Part shown: piece after piece, positions 12,052 through 22,451 of the stretch
Layout: every line of letters starts with the position of its first letter
How positions within the stretch are numbered: the stretch's first letter is position 1
Virus record (IMG/VR): IMGVR_UViG_2595698293_000001
Coordinates: 128,001 to 192,000 of that record
Direction: 5' to 3' (one strand)
DNA length: 64,000 bases
Source: a virus
Taxonomy: Duplodnaviria > Caudoviricetes
The notes under the pieces: model-generated
Database searches by the model: none
Seen by the model: only the letters and a program-made list of their open reading frames with translations
Told to the model about the DNA's origin: nothing
Program-made: the position numbers and the translations under genes

Positions 12052-12969
12052 ATGCCTAGTAAGAGTCAATCACAAGCACGATTATTTGCAGCAATGGCAC
12101 ATGATCCAGAAATTGCAAAACAACATGGTGTTTCTATGAGTACAGCAAAAGAATGGAATAAATCAGATGCAGAAATGGGTAATCTAAATAAAAGTTCTAA
12201 ACTACCAAAGCATGTAAAAAAAGAAAAGACTGAAGAAAGTTCTACTCGTGATATTCTGGATTATCTCAATAATCTGGAATTACAGGACGAAATAGAACAA
12301 GAAGAGAAAGCGGTACAGTACAGTACAGAACGCTCTAGAATGCATCAAGAAGGCTGTCAGTGCGACGATTGTTCCAATAATGAGCACCACTATTACCCTG
12401 ATGTACAACACGCCCAGGATTGCTCCTGTGATGATTGTGCTTCACATGTTGAGTTACAGGAAATGCCACAGAGATTTGATGCATTTGCTGGACAAGACCG
12501 AGATGAATTCGTTGATAAAACCGCTGAAATGACAGGCAGACACAACATGGTTCCATTTGCTGAACATGCTGATTATACTGTGTATAAAAATAAAAACGGT
12601 TCAGGGTTTATTGCTTATGGTAAAGATGGTAAACAGCTTGCAGTACTTAGTGGGTATGTGAGTGATAATGCAGTACATGGAGTACCAAATGTATTTGTTG
12701 AAGAAGCAATTGCATCCAAGACTGGTACTAAGGGTGTAATTTATACTATTTTCACTGATCTGTTAAATGCAGGATATAAAATTTTAAGTGATGAATTACA
12801 TTCAGATGATGCAATTGCTTTTTGGTCTAAATTGATTTCATCTCATCAGGTATATGTGGTTGGTGACGGTGAAGTACTGGCTCGTGCTAATACTCAAAAA
12901 TTACACAAGTATTGGAGTTCAGATGAAACAAGTCCAAGTGCAGAATTACGTTTATTACTAGTAAAATAA
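12052..12969 (+). CDS. Hypothetical modular protein (Cys/His repeats, C-terminal GNAT-like segment)
   Basis: N-terminal MPSKSQSQARLFAAMAHDP; HQEGCQCDDC and HAQDCSCDDC; SDELHSDDAIAFWSKL. Confidence 0.65.
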   Translation: MPSKSQSQARLFAAMAHDPEIAKQHGVSMSTAKEWNKSDAEMGNLNKSSKLPKHVKKEKTEESSTRDILDYLNNLELQDEIEQEEKAVQYSTERSRMHQEGCQCDDCSNNEHHYYPDVQHAQDCSCDDCASHVELQEMPQRFDAFAGQDRDEFVDKTAEMTGRHNMVPFAEHADYTVYKNKNGSGFIAYGKDGKQLAVLSGYVSDNAVHGVPNVFVEEAIASKTGTKGVIYTIFTDLLNAGYKILSDELHSDDAIAFWSKLISSHQVYVVGDGEVLARANTQKLHKYWSSDETSPSAELRLLLVK

Positions 12970-13066
12970 AAAATGGGAGCTTATGCTCCCATAAATATTT
13001 TTGAACAAAAACATTAAAATCAACTATAATTTATACGTTATAACAAAGATACAAAAGGATTTAATA

Positions 13067-15034
13067 ATGGCTAAGAAACAAGAAAGTTCAGTACTTCAAG
13101 AACATGATGTACAACGCCTTAATGATTATCAACATGCTCGTCTACGCAGTGAAATGTACTTAGGTTCAAGAAGTATCCATGAAAGTCAAGTTCTCATTTT
13201 TGGGGAAAATTCATACCAAGTTACTAACATGGAATGGGTTCCTGCATTACTCACTGCATGTCGTGAATTATGGGATAATTCACTTGATGAGTTTAAAAAA
13301 GCCGGTACTAAAGAACCGGTACTTAAAATTGAATTTGATGAAAATGAATTAACATTCAGTTGTATTGATAATGGACGCGGTATTCCGATTGATTATGTTC
13401 CAGATTTCAATACTAATCTCTGTACTATGGTAATGACTGAAACAAAGACTGGTAGAAACTTTGATGATTCAAAGCGTGATGAAACTATTGGTCAAAATGG
13501 TCTTGGTGGATCCGTGGCAATGCTTGTAAGTTCTAAAGCTGAAATGGAAATACATCGAAAAGGTCGTCCATATAAAACATCAGCGTCCAATGATTCATAT
13601 GATGGATTTTATAAATTCAGTCAAAATTTTAAAGAAGGTACTGAATTTATTCCAGAAATTCAAATTTCTGAACCAGTAATTAGAAAAATTAGTTCTGATA
13701 AAACAGGAACAAGTATTCGTCTAACATTTAGTCCCTCTGTATTTCCTAACAGAAAGTTGCCAATTGAACTGTTGTACAGTATTCTAAAAGAAATGGCATC
13801 AGCAAATCCAACATATAAAATCTTTTTGAATAATAAGCGAATTAATGTTAAACCAACTCCAGAAAAAACATTATTCAATGCATCTAAACTAATGCAACTA
13901 AATGTTAACGATGAATCTTTTAACTTTAACAGTACTTTTTATATTATTCCAAATGCTGTTAATAATATGAATACCAATTTTCATATGCATGGTTTAGTTA
14001 ATAATGCACCAGCGTTCGATGGTGGTACTCATTTAGATACATTCAAGAAACATTTTTCACTTGGTATTGCTAATGCTCTTGAAAAAGAAGCTAAGAAACG
14101 TAAGATGAAGCCAAATCGTTCTGATATTGAAGAAGGGCTTCTGATTTATAACGTAACTACTATGAAAGCACCTTCATTCAATTCACAAATTAAATCCAAA
14201 TTAACTAACGAAAATGTAGTTAAACCAATTCAACAAGCAATGAGTACTGAATGGTTCGACGAATTAGTTAAAAAGAATAAAGATTGGGTTGATGAAATAT
14301 TTGAACGCTGTGCTGCACGTACAAATAAAAAAGATGCAGAAGAAGATCGTCGTCTTGCTAAAAAACTTCTTAAAGGTAAAGTTGCCAAACTACTTGATTC
14401 AGTTGGTACTGATCGTTCCAAATGTATTCTAATGTTGGCAGAAGGTGATTCTGCTATTTCTAACATGGCTAGTGCTCGTGATCCTAATATTCATGGTATC
14501 TTACCTTTACGTGGTAAAATTATGAATGTTAGTGGTGAAGAGAAAACGAAAGAATTAATGGATTCTGATGCATTGCATGATATCATGGCTAGTATTAACC
14601 TAGTTCCAGGCGTGAAGGCAAATCGTGATGAATTGAGTTTTGGTAAATTATACATAGCAACGGATGAAGATACTGACGGCCTTAATATAGCCGCATTGAT
14701 TTGTAATTTTCTTTATAAATTCTGGCCTGAATTATTTCAGGATGCCGATAATCCGTTTGTGTATGTATTCAAAACTCCATTTATTATTCTGGAGAAAGGG
14801 AAAGAATCAAAATACTTCTATGGTTATAATGTTTCTGAATACAATCCTGAAGATTGGAAGGGTTGGAAAGCCACACGTGCAAAAGGATTAGGAACATTGG
14901 AAAAGAGTAATTTCAGAGACGCATTCACCAATAGTGTAGCGGTTGCAATTACCGATGATGGTAATTTAGGTGAAACACTGGATTTGATATTCAATAAAAA
15001 GAGAGCAGATGATCGTAAAGCATGGATGGCTTAG
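13067..15034 (+). CDS. Type II DNA topoisomerase large subunit (GHKL ATPase plus TOPRIM; equivalent to fused T4 gp39+60)
   Basis: ELWDNSLDE, DNGRGIP, GQNGLG, EGDSA, PLRGK, TDEDTDG, KGLGT; ATG at 13067 after AAGGA. Confidence 0.95.
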   Translation: MAKKQESSVLQEHDVQRLNDYQHARLRSEMYLGSRSIHESQVLIFGENSYQVTNMEWVPALLTACRELWDNSLDEFKKAGTKEPVLKIEFDENELTFSCIDNGRGIPIDYVPDFNTNLCTMVMTETKTGRNFDDSKRDETIGQNGLGGSVAMLVSSKAEMEIHRKGRPYKTSASNDSYDGFYKFSQNFKEGTEFIPEIQISEPVIRKISSDKTGTSIRLTFSPSVFPNRKLPIELLYSILKEMASANPTYKIFLNNKRINVKPTPEKTLFNASKLMQLNVNDESFNFNSTFYIIPNAVNNMNTNFHMHGLVNNAPAFDGGTHLDTFKKHFSLGIANALEKEAKKRKMKPNRSDIEEGLLIYNVTTMKAPSFNSQIKSKLTNENVVKPIQQAMSTEWFDELVKKNKDWVDEIFERCAARTNKKDAEEDRRLAKKLLKGKVAKLLDSVGTDRSKCILMLAEGDSAISNMASARDPNIHGILPLRGKIMNVSGEEKTKELMDSDALHDIMASINLVPGVKANRDELSFGKLYIATDEDTDGLNIAALICNFLYKFWPELFQDADNPFVYVFKTPFIILEKGKESKYFYGYNVSEYNPEDWKGWKATRAKGLGTLEKSNFRDAFTNSVAVAITDDGNLGETLDLIFNKKRADDRKAWMA

Positions 15035-15037
15035 GAT

Positions 15038-16747
15038 ATGAAACATGATGAAGTAGTTAGTATAATTAAAAAATTTGCCAATGAAGTCAAGTCCAATGGG
15101 GAATCAGTACTAAAGCAAATTAAAAAGATGGATAGATATGAAGAAGTTATTTCATATCTAAAAAGCTATTATGGTGACTATGATATTAAAGTTCTAATTG
15201 GTTCAGTACTAAATGATTTAGATACCATTCCCATTGCTGCTTGTGGGAATGTATGTAGATTTGATGGATTAAAATTGAGGTACGTATGTGCCTCATATAA
15301 AATGAACAAAGAAGAAACATGTCCTGAGTGTCATATTAAATTAAAAGAAATAATGAACAACAACAGAATGCAATCTGTGGAAATGAAGTACGGTACTCCA
15401 TATATATCTAAAGTTCCAGAATTTAGAGAGAAAGCAAAAAATACAATGTTTAATGAGTATGGTGTATATAATATTTCTAATTTGGATTCTGTGAAAAAGA
15501 AAAAAAGTGATAATTATCACAATAAAAGTTTAGAAGAAAAAGAACGTATTAAAGAAAAAAATAAGAAAAAAGTAATACAGACATATGGTGTTGATAACGT
15601 ATCTAAATCTGAAATTGTAAAACAAAAGAAACTTGGTAATAAAAATCCATTCAATAATAGTACTTTTAAAATTAAAAATATCATTAATACAACCAAACGA
15701 AGATATAATAGCATAACAGACTATTTAAAAACCAATGATAAACCATATACACTAACTTACATGCCATTTGCATATAAAGATGACCATGTATTTCAATGTA
15801 AGTGTGGTGAAATTATAAGTTGTAAAATACAATCGTTTGATACAATACGTTGTTATAAATGTTTCCCATTGGAAGTAAGTTCTGGTGAACTTTGGTTGAG
15901 ACAAGAAATTGAAAATATTATAAGTAATACATCAACAAGTACTGAAATGTTATTAAATCAAAGGTATGATTTTATTGATAACAGAGAAATTGATATATAC
16001 TTACCTGAATTGAAAATAGGTTTTGAATTCAATGGTTCGTACTGGCATAATGATGAACACAAAGATAAGTACTATCATCAGAAGAAATCGATTTCTGCAA
16101 AAAACAATGGTATCAATTTAATACATATCCATGAATCTGATTATAATAAAATAAAAGATAAAATTGTAATGAGATTAAAACATGTATTAAACAAAAATGA
16201 TAAAACAATTTATGCAAGAAAATGTATTGTAAAAGAAGTATCATTTAAAGAAAGTGAAGTATTTTTGAATGAATATCATTTTCAACAATCATGTGTATCA
16301 GGTATAAGAATTGGATTATATTATGATAATGAATTAGTAGCATTGGCTACGTATGGAAAATCCAGATATGACAAAAAATATGAATATGAATTATTGAGAT
16401 TCTGTACCAAGTATTCGGTACCTGGTGGATTTAGTAAAATAATGAAATACTTTGAGCAAACATACAACCCTAAATCATTGATGACATATGCCGATCTTGA
16501 CTGGAGTAATGGTAATGTTTATGAAAAAAATGGGTTTGAGTTTGTGAAATACACCGAACCAAGTTACTTTTATGTGGATAAATATCAAAATAAAATTTCA
16601 AGATATGATTGTCGTAAAACGGAATTATTAAAACTGTATGATTGGGCTACCAATGATATGACGGAAACTGAAATCTGTAAAAAATTAAATTACAATAAAA
16701 TATATTCATCTGGAAATATAGTTTATCGTAAAATATATAACAAATAA
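15038..16747 (+). mobile_element. Free-standing Hef-like homing endonuclease gene
   Basis: KYG/YGVDNVSK repeats, EIDIYLPELKIGFEFNGSYWH nuclease motif, C-terminal ELLRFC..GGFSK..TYAD GNAT-like domain; lies between the two topoisomerase genes. Confidence 0.75.
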
Positions 16748-16762
16748 CAAAGAGGCAATGGA

Positions 16763-18169
16763 ATGGCTAAAAAAGAAAAAACTCAAGGTATTGATAATGC
16801 AACATTAACGCTATTAGATTACAACAGTTCTGAATATTTGAATAGCACTTCACTAGAATATTCAATGTATACATTAGATCGTGCTATTCCCGGAATTGAT
16901 GGTCTAAAGAGTTCACAACGAAAAGCAATTTTTACGCTAAGTAAAATATCAGGTGAAATTAAAACAGTATCATGTGCTGGTCGCATGATTAGTGATGGTA
17001 TCTATTTACATGGTGATTCATCTGCAAGTGGTACACTACAACAACTGGCATCACCTGTAGCAAACAATTATCCACTCATTGGTAAACGTGGTGGTTTTGG
17101 TACACAGGTAAACAGTACACCAGCATCCCCGCGATACACATATGTGAAGAAGAACAAAAGTACTGAAGAATTAATTCTTCGTGATATGGAAATTATCCCA
17201 ATGCAAGAAAACTATGATGGTACCACTATGGAACCAACACATTTTCTTCCAATCATTCCATTATCGTTGTTTGGTAATGACAGTATGTCGGTTGGTTATA
17301 AGAGTACAATTCTTCCTTATAAAATTAAAGATATTATTGATAACTGTATCCGCGTTATTGATAAAACTGAACTAAGAGAAATGACCCCATATTATGTATC
17401 AGTTGGTGCAAGCGAAACTGTAACTAAACTTGATGAAAACAAATATGAGTTCTATGGAACAGCAGAAGTTATTGATGCCAGTACCGTAAAAGTTACTGGA
17501 TTGCCACCAAACTATAGCGTTGAAAAATTTGTTGAAAAATTAATTAAGATGGGTGATGATGGTGAAATTCGTGATTATGATAATGGTAGTACTGATACCA
17601 TTGATATAACGATAAAATTACCACGTGGTACATCAAGCAAATGGACTGAAAAGGATGTAATTGATTATTTTGGTCTATCCAAGAAAATTACACAAATTCT
17701 CACAGTACTCGATGCGAATGGTCGTGTTCGTGTATATGATAACACTTCTGACCTAATTAAAGATTTCGTCGAATTTCGTTTTGGCTACTATATTAAACGT
17801 TATGAGAAAAAAGTTAAAGATTGTACTGAAGAAGTTATATATAAAATTCTAATTAAAGAATGCTTTGATAATGATATGATTGGTAAAGTTAAATCATTTA
17901 AGAATCGTGCTGAGTTAGTTGATTTTGTAACTAAACTCAATATTGATATTGGGGCAAGTGAAGATAATATTCAAAGCATAGTTAATTATCCTTCTTATCG
18001 CTGGACACAAGAAAACTATAATGCAGTATTGAAAGATATTCAGGATAATATGGATTTAATTGATAAGTACAACGATTTACTTAATAATAAAAATAAAATT
18101 TGGGATATCTACAAAGAAGAACTTAAAGAGCTTCGTAAGATTGATTTTACACCAAAACAAGAAAACTAA
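16763..18169 (+). CDS. Type II DNA topoisomerase medium subunit (GyrA/ParC/T4 gp52-like)
   Basis: RAIPGIDGLKSSQRK, YLHGDSS, ASPRYT active-site Tyr. Confidence 0.95.
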   Translation: MAKKEKTQGIDNATLTLLDYNSSEYLNSTSLEYSMYTLDRAIPGIDGLKSSQRKAIFTLSKISGEIKTVSCAGRMISDGIYLHGDSSASGTLQQLASPVANNYPLIGKRGGFGTQVNSTPASPRYTYVKKNKSTEELILRDMEIIPMQENYDGTTMEPTHFLPIIPLSLFGNDSMSVGYKSTILPYKIKDIIDNCIRVIDKTELREMTPYYVSVGASETVTKLDENKYEFYGTAEVIDASTVKVTGLPPNYSVEKFVEKLIKMGDDGEIRDYDNGSTDTIDITIKLPRGTSSKWTEKDVIDYFGLSKKITQILTVLDANGRVRVYDNTSDLIKDFVEFRFGYYIKRYEKKVKDCTEEVIYKILIKECFDNDMIGKVKSFKNRAELVDFVTKLNIDIGASEDNIQSIVNYPSYRWTQENYNAVLKDIQDNMDLIDKYNDLLNNKNKIWDIYKEELKELRKIDFTPKQEN

Positions 18170-18179
18170 TAATAAAGTC

Positions 18180-18207
18180 TGGAGCACATATAATAGTGCT
18201 CCTTTTT
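18180..18207 (+). terminator. Rho-independent terminator
   Basis: GGAGCAC-ATATAATA-GTGCTCC-TTTTT. Confidence 0.7.
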
Positions 18208-18242
18208 AGTAAATACCCTATATAAAACGGGAGAAAAGAAGA

Positions 18243-20570
18243 ATGGAAAATTTTACTCCTTTATGGGATATAAAATCGGAATCTGAATTTATTCAAGAGA
18301 GTGCTGACATATTAGTAACAACAAATATTAATAAAGATCCAGATGATAAAAACACTTCGTATGTTCTCAAGGACGGGGAATATATACTAATTCAGTTTCT
18401 AATAGAAACAAAAAATAAAGATGATACCAGTTTTGTGGCAGAAGACCATTATACGTTGTATGCCGGTGAAGATGTTAATAATTTGAAAAACATAACCACT
18501 GGTATTACTAAAAATAAATCAATCGCAGGAAATCACTATGCTAAATTAACAAAAGAGCAATTTGATTTAATTGATGAAAATACATCACCCATCTGGTATT
18601 TCAAATTACATTGTAAAAATAACGGAACATTTGATAGTATTGAAATTACTACATTTACAATAGTGAGTGTAACTCGCGTTTCTCCATCTGATAGCATTAC
18701 CATTGGTACAATTACAACCAGTTCACAATCTATCACTTATAACAGTACTGAATTTTGGGTTACTCCGGGTGTAGTTGTTGGTGATGATAATAATAATTAT
18801 TGTATAGGGGATATTAGTTTCGGTAATGATAGTACTCTGTTTGTACAGGCGTTTGGTCGTAAAGTACCAGGAACCACACCTAGAGTATTTTATCCAATTT
18901 ATCGTTTAATGTCTATTACAGAAAATGAATTACCACAAACTGATATTACTGGAAAGAGAGCAATTCTTTTTCCACAAAATGAAGATTTTCCAATTACTGG
19001 TAATAACAAAGAAGTGAAAGTGAATATTCTTGATGAAACAACCAAGACCTATGATACGGGTTTGGTATTCAATCCGAATGGACAATTTCTACAAGCATTT
19101 TTATATGATTCATCACCATATGATTTGTATTTTAAAGTACAAATACAAGATATAGAAAGTTCATATACTAATGATAGTGAGCGTTATGCAATTTCACAAA
19201 GTTTTAAATCCGGTCAGATGTTTTTATGTCCAAGTGAATTTGATTTCATTTATTCAAACGATGTTCCAGTCGCTAATCATTTATATCAGTTGAAATCTGG
19301 TGTTACTTACCCATATGTTGTTGACAGTGATACAGAAGACGGTTTGGAAAAACCCGTATTTAATAGTGATGACTGGGTTGATCTTGGTTTGTATGATAAA
19401 ACACTGGGTACAGGGATTATTGGTGAAACAAAAATATTCAGAATGCTTGCAAACTCTGGTACTTCTGGTAAAATTAGTTTTATTACTGATAGTGATTTGG
19501 GTACTATTCATGTAGGTGAATATTTTGGTCACAGTACTTATCCTGTTATTGAAACAGATTCTGAACTTAACGTATCTTTTAAAATAGTATCAGGTTCTGA
19601 TATTACAAAATATGGACTTGAATTAAAACCAAATGGTTATTTATGTGGTACTGCGTATGCTAAAAGTACTGATTTCACTGCAAATGATGATATCCCACTC
19701 GAATTTGAAGTTGAGGCTTATGATACTTCTGGTCTGAGAAATACAAAAACATTCCAATTAAGAATTATTCGTGGATTTGGAGAAAACTATATAAGTTCAC
19801 ATTTAGTACCATCTGTACAATTCGAAAGAGAATGGTTTAAATGTATTAGTTCTACGATATTTGGTAATCAGCAATTATTCAGAATTTCTGACGAACGATA
19901 TGGGTTACAAAAAGTTCCGCGTATTCTATTAAAAGAGAATTATGTTTCACAGGATTATAATTATAATACACTAAAAGAACTAAAAAGAGTACTAAGGAAA
20001 AATATTATTGATGAAAATAATATCCCACAAGGTACTTTCAATTTAGTAATGGGTAATTACAAAGTACTATCATGTCTTGACAATTTAGGAAATTTACAGT
20101 ACGATTTATTATTCAGAGAAGTACACCCATCTGGTTCTATTATTTCAGTAAGTAATAATCCAAGAAGTTATTCGATTAAAAATTATACTTCTTTGACTGA
20201 AGTTTTTGGTTTAAGACAGAATTTGTTCAATGCTATTGGAGAAGACACTACCAATCTCATAACAGATCCAGATGATTTGAATAACAGGGGGTTATATGTA
20301 ACGGGTTTGGACAGTTCACAAATGCTCGATACCGTTCCTCGTTTCATGAATCATCCATATGAAGGTGATGGTCTTAGTTCTGAATTCATGGTATTAATAC
20401 CGGTTGCTTACTGTTTGCCGGGTAAAGGTGATGATTTGTTCTATAATCTCTATCAAAACAATGAGCACAAACTTATGGTAGGTACTGAATTTGAAGTTCC
20501 AGCAGTTGAATTTATTACTCATGTTGGCTATATGAAGGAAAAATTTCAAATTATTTTACAAAAATCTTAA
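18243..20570 (+). CDS. Probable virion structural protein (baseplate/tail-like)
   Basis: 775 aa, Ig-like GLEL.PNG.L.GT segment, TAAATA upstream. Confidence 0.55.
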   Translation: MENFTPLWDIKSESEFIQESADILVTTNINKDPDDKNTSYVLKDGEYILIQFLIETKNKDDTSFVAEDHYTLYAGEDVNNLKNITTGITKNKSIAGNHYAKLTKEQFDLIDENTSPIWYFKLHCKNNGTFDSIEITTFTIVSVTRVSPSDSITIGTITTSSQSITYNSTEFWVTPGVVVGDDNNNYCIGDISFGNDSTLFVQAFGRKVPGTTPRVFYPIYRLMSITENELPQTDITGKRAILFPQNEDFPITGNNKEVKVNILDETTKTYDTGLVFNPNGQFLQAFLYDSSPYDLYFKVQIQDIESSYTNDSERYAISQSFKSGQMFLCPSEFDFIYSNDVPVANHLYQLKSGVTYPYVVDSDTEDGLEKPVFNSDDWVDLGLYDKTLGTGIIGETKIFRMLANSGTSGKISFITDSDLGTIHVGEYFGHSTYPVIETDSELNVSFKIVSGSDITKYGLELKPNGYLCGTAYAKSTDFTANDDIPLEFEVEAYDTSGLRNTKTFQLRIIRGFGENYISSHLVPSVQFEREWFKCISSTIFGNQQLFRISDERYGLQKVPRILLKENYVSQDYNYNTLKELKRVLRKNIIDENNIPQGTFNLVMGNYKVLSCLDNLGNLQYDLLFREVHPSGSIISVSNNPRSYSIKNYTSLTEVFGLRQNLFNAIGEDTTNLITDPDDLNNRGLYVTGLDSSQMLDTVPRFMNHPYEGDGLSSEFMVLIPVAYCLPGKGDDLFYNLYQNNEHKLMVGTEFEVPAVEFITHVGYMKEKFQIILQKS

Positions 20571-20583
20571 AAAGGAGTGTATA

Positions 20584-20892
20584 ATGTCTCATCCATTATT
20601 TGATGCCAGTGATTTTACAGATAAGGAATTATATGCTAAAATTAATGAGCAAATTTTACGTATAGCAAAAGCACGCTCGATTGGTATGAGTGAATCAGTA
20701 ATTAGTCAAATGCAGATGCTTTTGGATTCTTATTATACAGAAATTGAAAACAGATCAACCAAAAAGGTTATAAGTAAAATGGAAGATTCAGATCCTTGTG
20801 TGTTTGATTTGAGTTCATATCTGGAAGACAACGACGGTGTGAAGAAGAAAAATGAAAGTACAGGGAAACAGATATATAAGTCCCAATGGTGA
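20584..20892 (+). CDS. Hypothetical protein
   Basis: AGGAG SD plus ORF. Confidence 0.7.
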   Translation: MSHPLFDASDFTDKELYAKINEQILRIAKARSIGMSESVISQMQMLLDSYYTEIENRSTKKVISKMEDSDPCVFDLSSYLEDNDGVKKKNESTGKQIYKSQW

Positions 20893-21370
20893 TGTTAAAT
20901 GTAATCTAAATGTAGTAGTTTATGCCATTAATTGTGGTGCTGATATTCAGTACTTGCAATTAATGGATTTGGATGAAAGAGAAAGATTACTTTTCAATGA
21001 TAACTGTAAGAAGTTTGGTTTAGAACAACGTATGTTGGACTACACAATAGATCATGAACGTAATCATGAATTATGGTGCTATGATCCATTCTATGATAAA
21101 ATCAACCTCAAAGAGTTCTTTTTGAGTAAATGTGAAACGCCAGAAGCAAGAGAGCGAGTTCTTTATGAACTGGAATTGTATGAATTTTACAATATGTCCA
21201 AATTACTTCGTTGTATGATTTGGTTGGTTGATTACTTTAAAGAAAATAATATCTTTTGGGGTTTGGGTCGTGGTAGTTCAGTATCATCTTATTGTTTATT
21301 TTTGATTGGATTACATTTGGTGGATTCGTTGAAATATGATTTAGATGTTAATGAATTTTTGAAATATTGA
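20852..21370 (+). CDS. DNA polymerase III alpha (DnaE)-like fragment
   Basis: RV.YEL, WGLGRGSSVSSYCLFLIGLHLVDSLKYDL matches the DnaE GPGRGS region. Confidence 0.8.
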   Translation: MKVQGNRYISPNGDVKCNLNVVVYAINCGADIQYLQLMDLDERERLLFNDNCKKFGLEQRMLDYTIDHERNHELWCYDPFYDKINLKEFFLSKCETPEARERVLYELELYEFYNMSKLLRCMIWLVDYFKENNIFWGLGRGSSVSSYCLFLIGLHLVDSLKYDLDVNEFLKY

Positions 21371-21434
21371 TTTTTGAACAAAAATCACAAAAATGATATA
21401 ATAAAGAAAACAGTTAATAAAAAGGATTTTTAAA

Positions 21435-21794
21435 ATGGTAAAGCACGTATCTTATCGTGGTAAAGTTGTTGATATGGAATTACTTAAATCACAAAACCAA
21501 TATAAAGCTGCAATTGGTAATGCACAACTAAATGCTCGCGGCGATAAAATTGGTCGAGGTGGTACGGTCATTAAAACGCGTGAACAATTGATGCAAGAAC
21601 GTGAAGCTGCACTACAGGTTCCTGATTTTATTCCAGTACAGAATTCTTCCAGTACTGAATATTCAACTGAATGGGATGATTCACAATTTAATGCATTTCC
21701 TGACATTACGGAATCACCACAAGAAGCACCAGCAGAAGTTCAGACGAAAAAAGCTGCACCACGTAGGACAAAAAAGGGTTCAAGTAATGAGTGA
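21435..21794 (+). CDS. Hypothetical protein
   Basis: Promoter and SD upstream; GKVVDM...GNAQLNARGDKIGRGG. Confidence 0.7.
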   Translation: MVKHVSYRGKVVDMELLKSQNQYKAAIGNAQLNARGDKIGRGGTVIKTREQLMQEREAALQVPDFIPVQNSSSTEYSTEWDDSQFNAFPDITESPQEAPAEVQTKKAAPRRTKKGSSNE

Positions 21795-22119
21795 TAAAGT
21801 ATTGAAAGCATGTAGAGGTAAAGTACTCGTAACTGATTTGGAAGTAGGTGAGCGAGTAACAAATGGTGGTATTGTTTTAACTAATGACAACGGTCGCAGT
21901 CGAGGTATTCGTTCCCGATGGGCTAAAGTTTATTCAATTGGTGAAGGTGTAACTGGTATTGAAGAAGGTCAATGGATTTTAATTGATCATGGTCGATGGA
22001 GCCGCACTATTGAAGTTGACGGTATTAAACTAAATCTAGTTGATTATCCAGCTTCGGTAATGTTAGTGTCAGATGACGACCCACGCCAGCGTTGCACTTC
22101 ATTTGGTTATTTTTCTTAA
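21787..22119 (+). CDS. groES: GroES-like co-chaperonin
   Basis: KVLV...GERVTNGGIVL...AKVYSIGEG...EEGQWIL; true start ATG 21787. Confidence 0.8.
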   Translation: MSDKVLKACRGKVLVTDLEVGERVTNGGIVLTNDNGRSRGIRSRWAKVYSIGEGVTGIEEGQWILIDHGRWSRTIEVDGIKLNLVDYPASVMLVSDDDPRQRCTSFGYFS

Positions 22120-22170
22120 TATTATTAAAAGTCCAGAATATTCTGGACTTTATTTTTTAATGAGGAAAAT

Positions 22171-22440
22171 ATGATAACACCAGAAGGACAATTCAGCTTC
22201 AAAGATATTATATTAGTGTCAAAGAATAATAGATTTATGCTGGAAGACAGAAAAAGAAAAAACAAAGTATATGAAGTACAACACGATACTTTTAAAACTA
22301 TGTTAGTACTTGCTGCACAAGCAAAGGGGAGAGGATTTACTAAAAAAGTAAATTCATTTGAGTTTTTATATAACCAATTAGAAGTTACAGAAGATTTATT
22401 CACTGCATTAATGTATGATTTTACTGATTGGACTAATTAA
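22171..22440 (+). CDS. Hypothetical protein
   Basis: GAGG SD plus ORF. Confidence 0.65.
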   Translation: MITPEGQFSFKDIILVSKNNRFMLEDRKRKNKVYEVQHDTFKTMLVLAAQAKGRGFTKKVNSFEFLYNQLEVTEDLFTALMYDFTDWTN

Positions 22441-22451
22441 AGGAAAAATAA

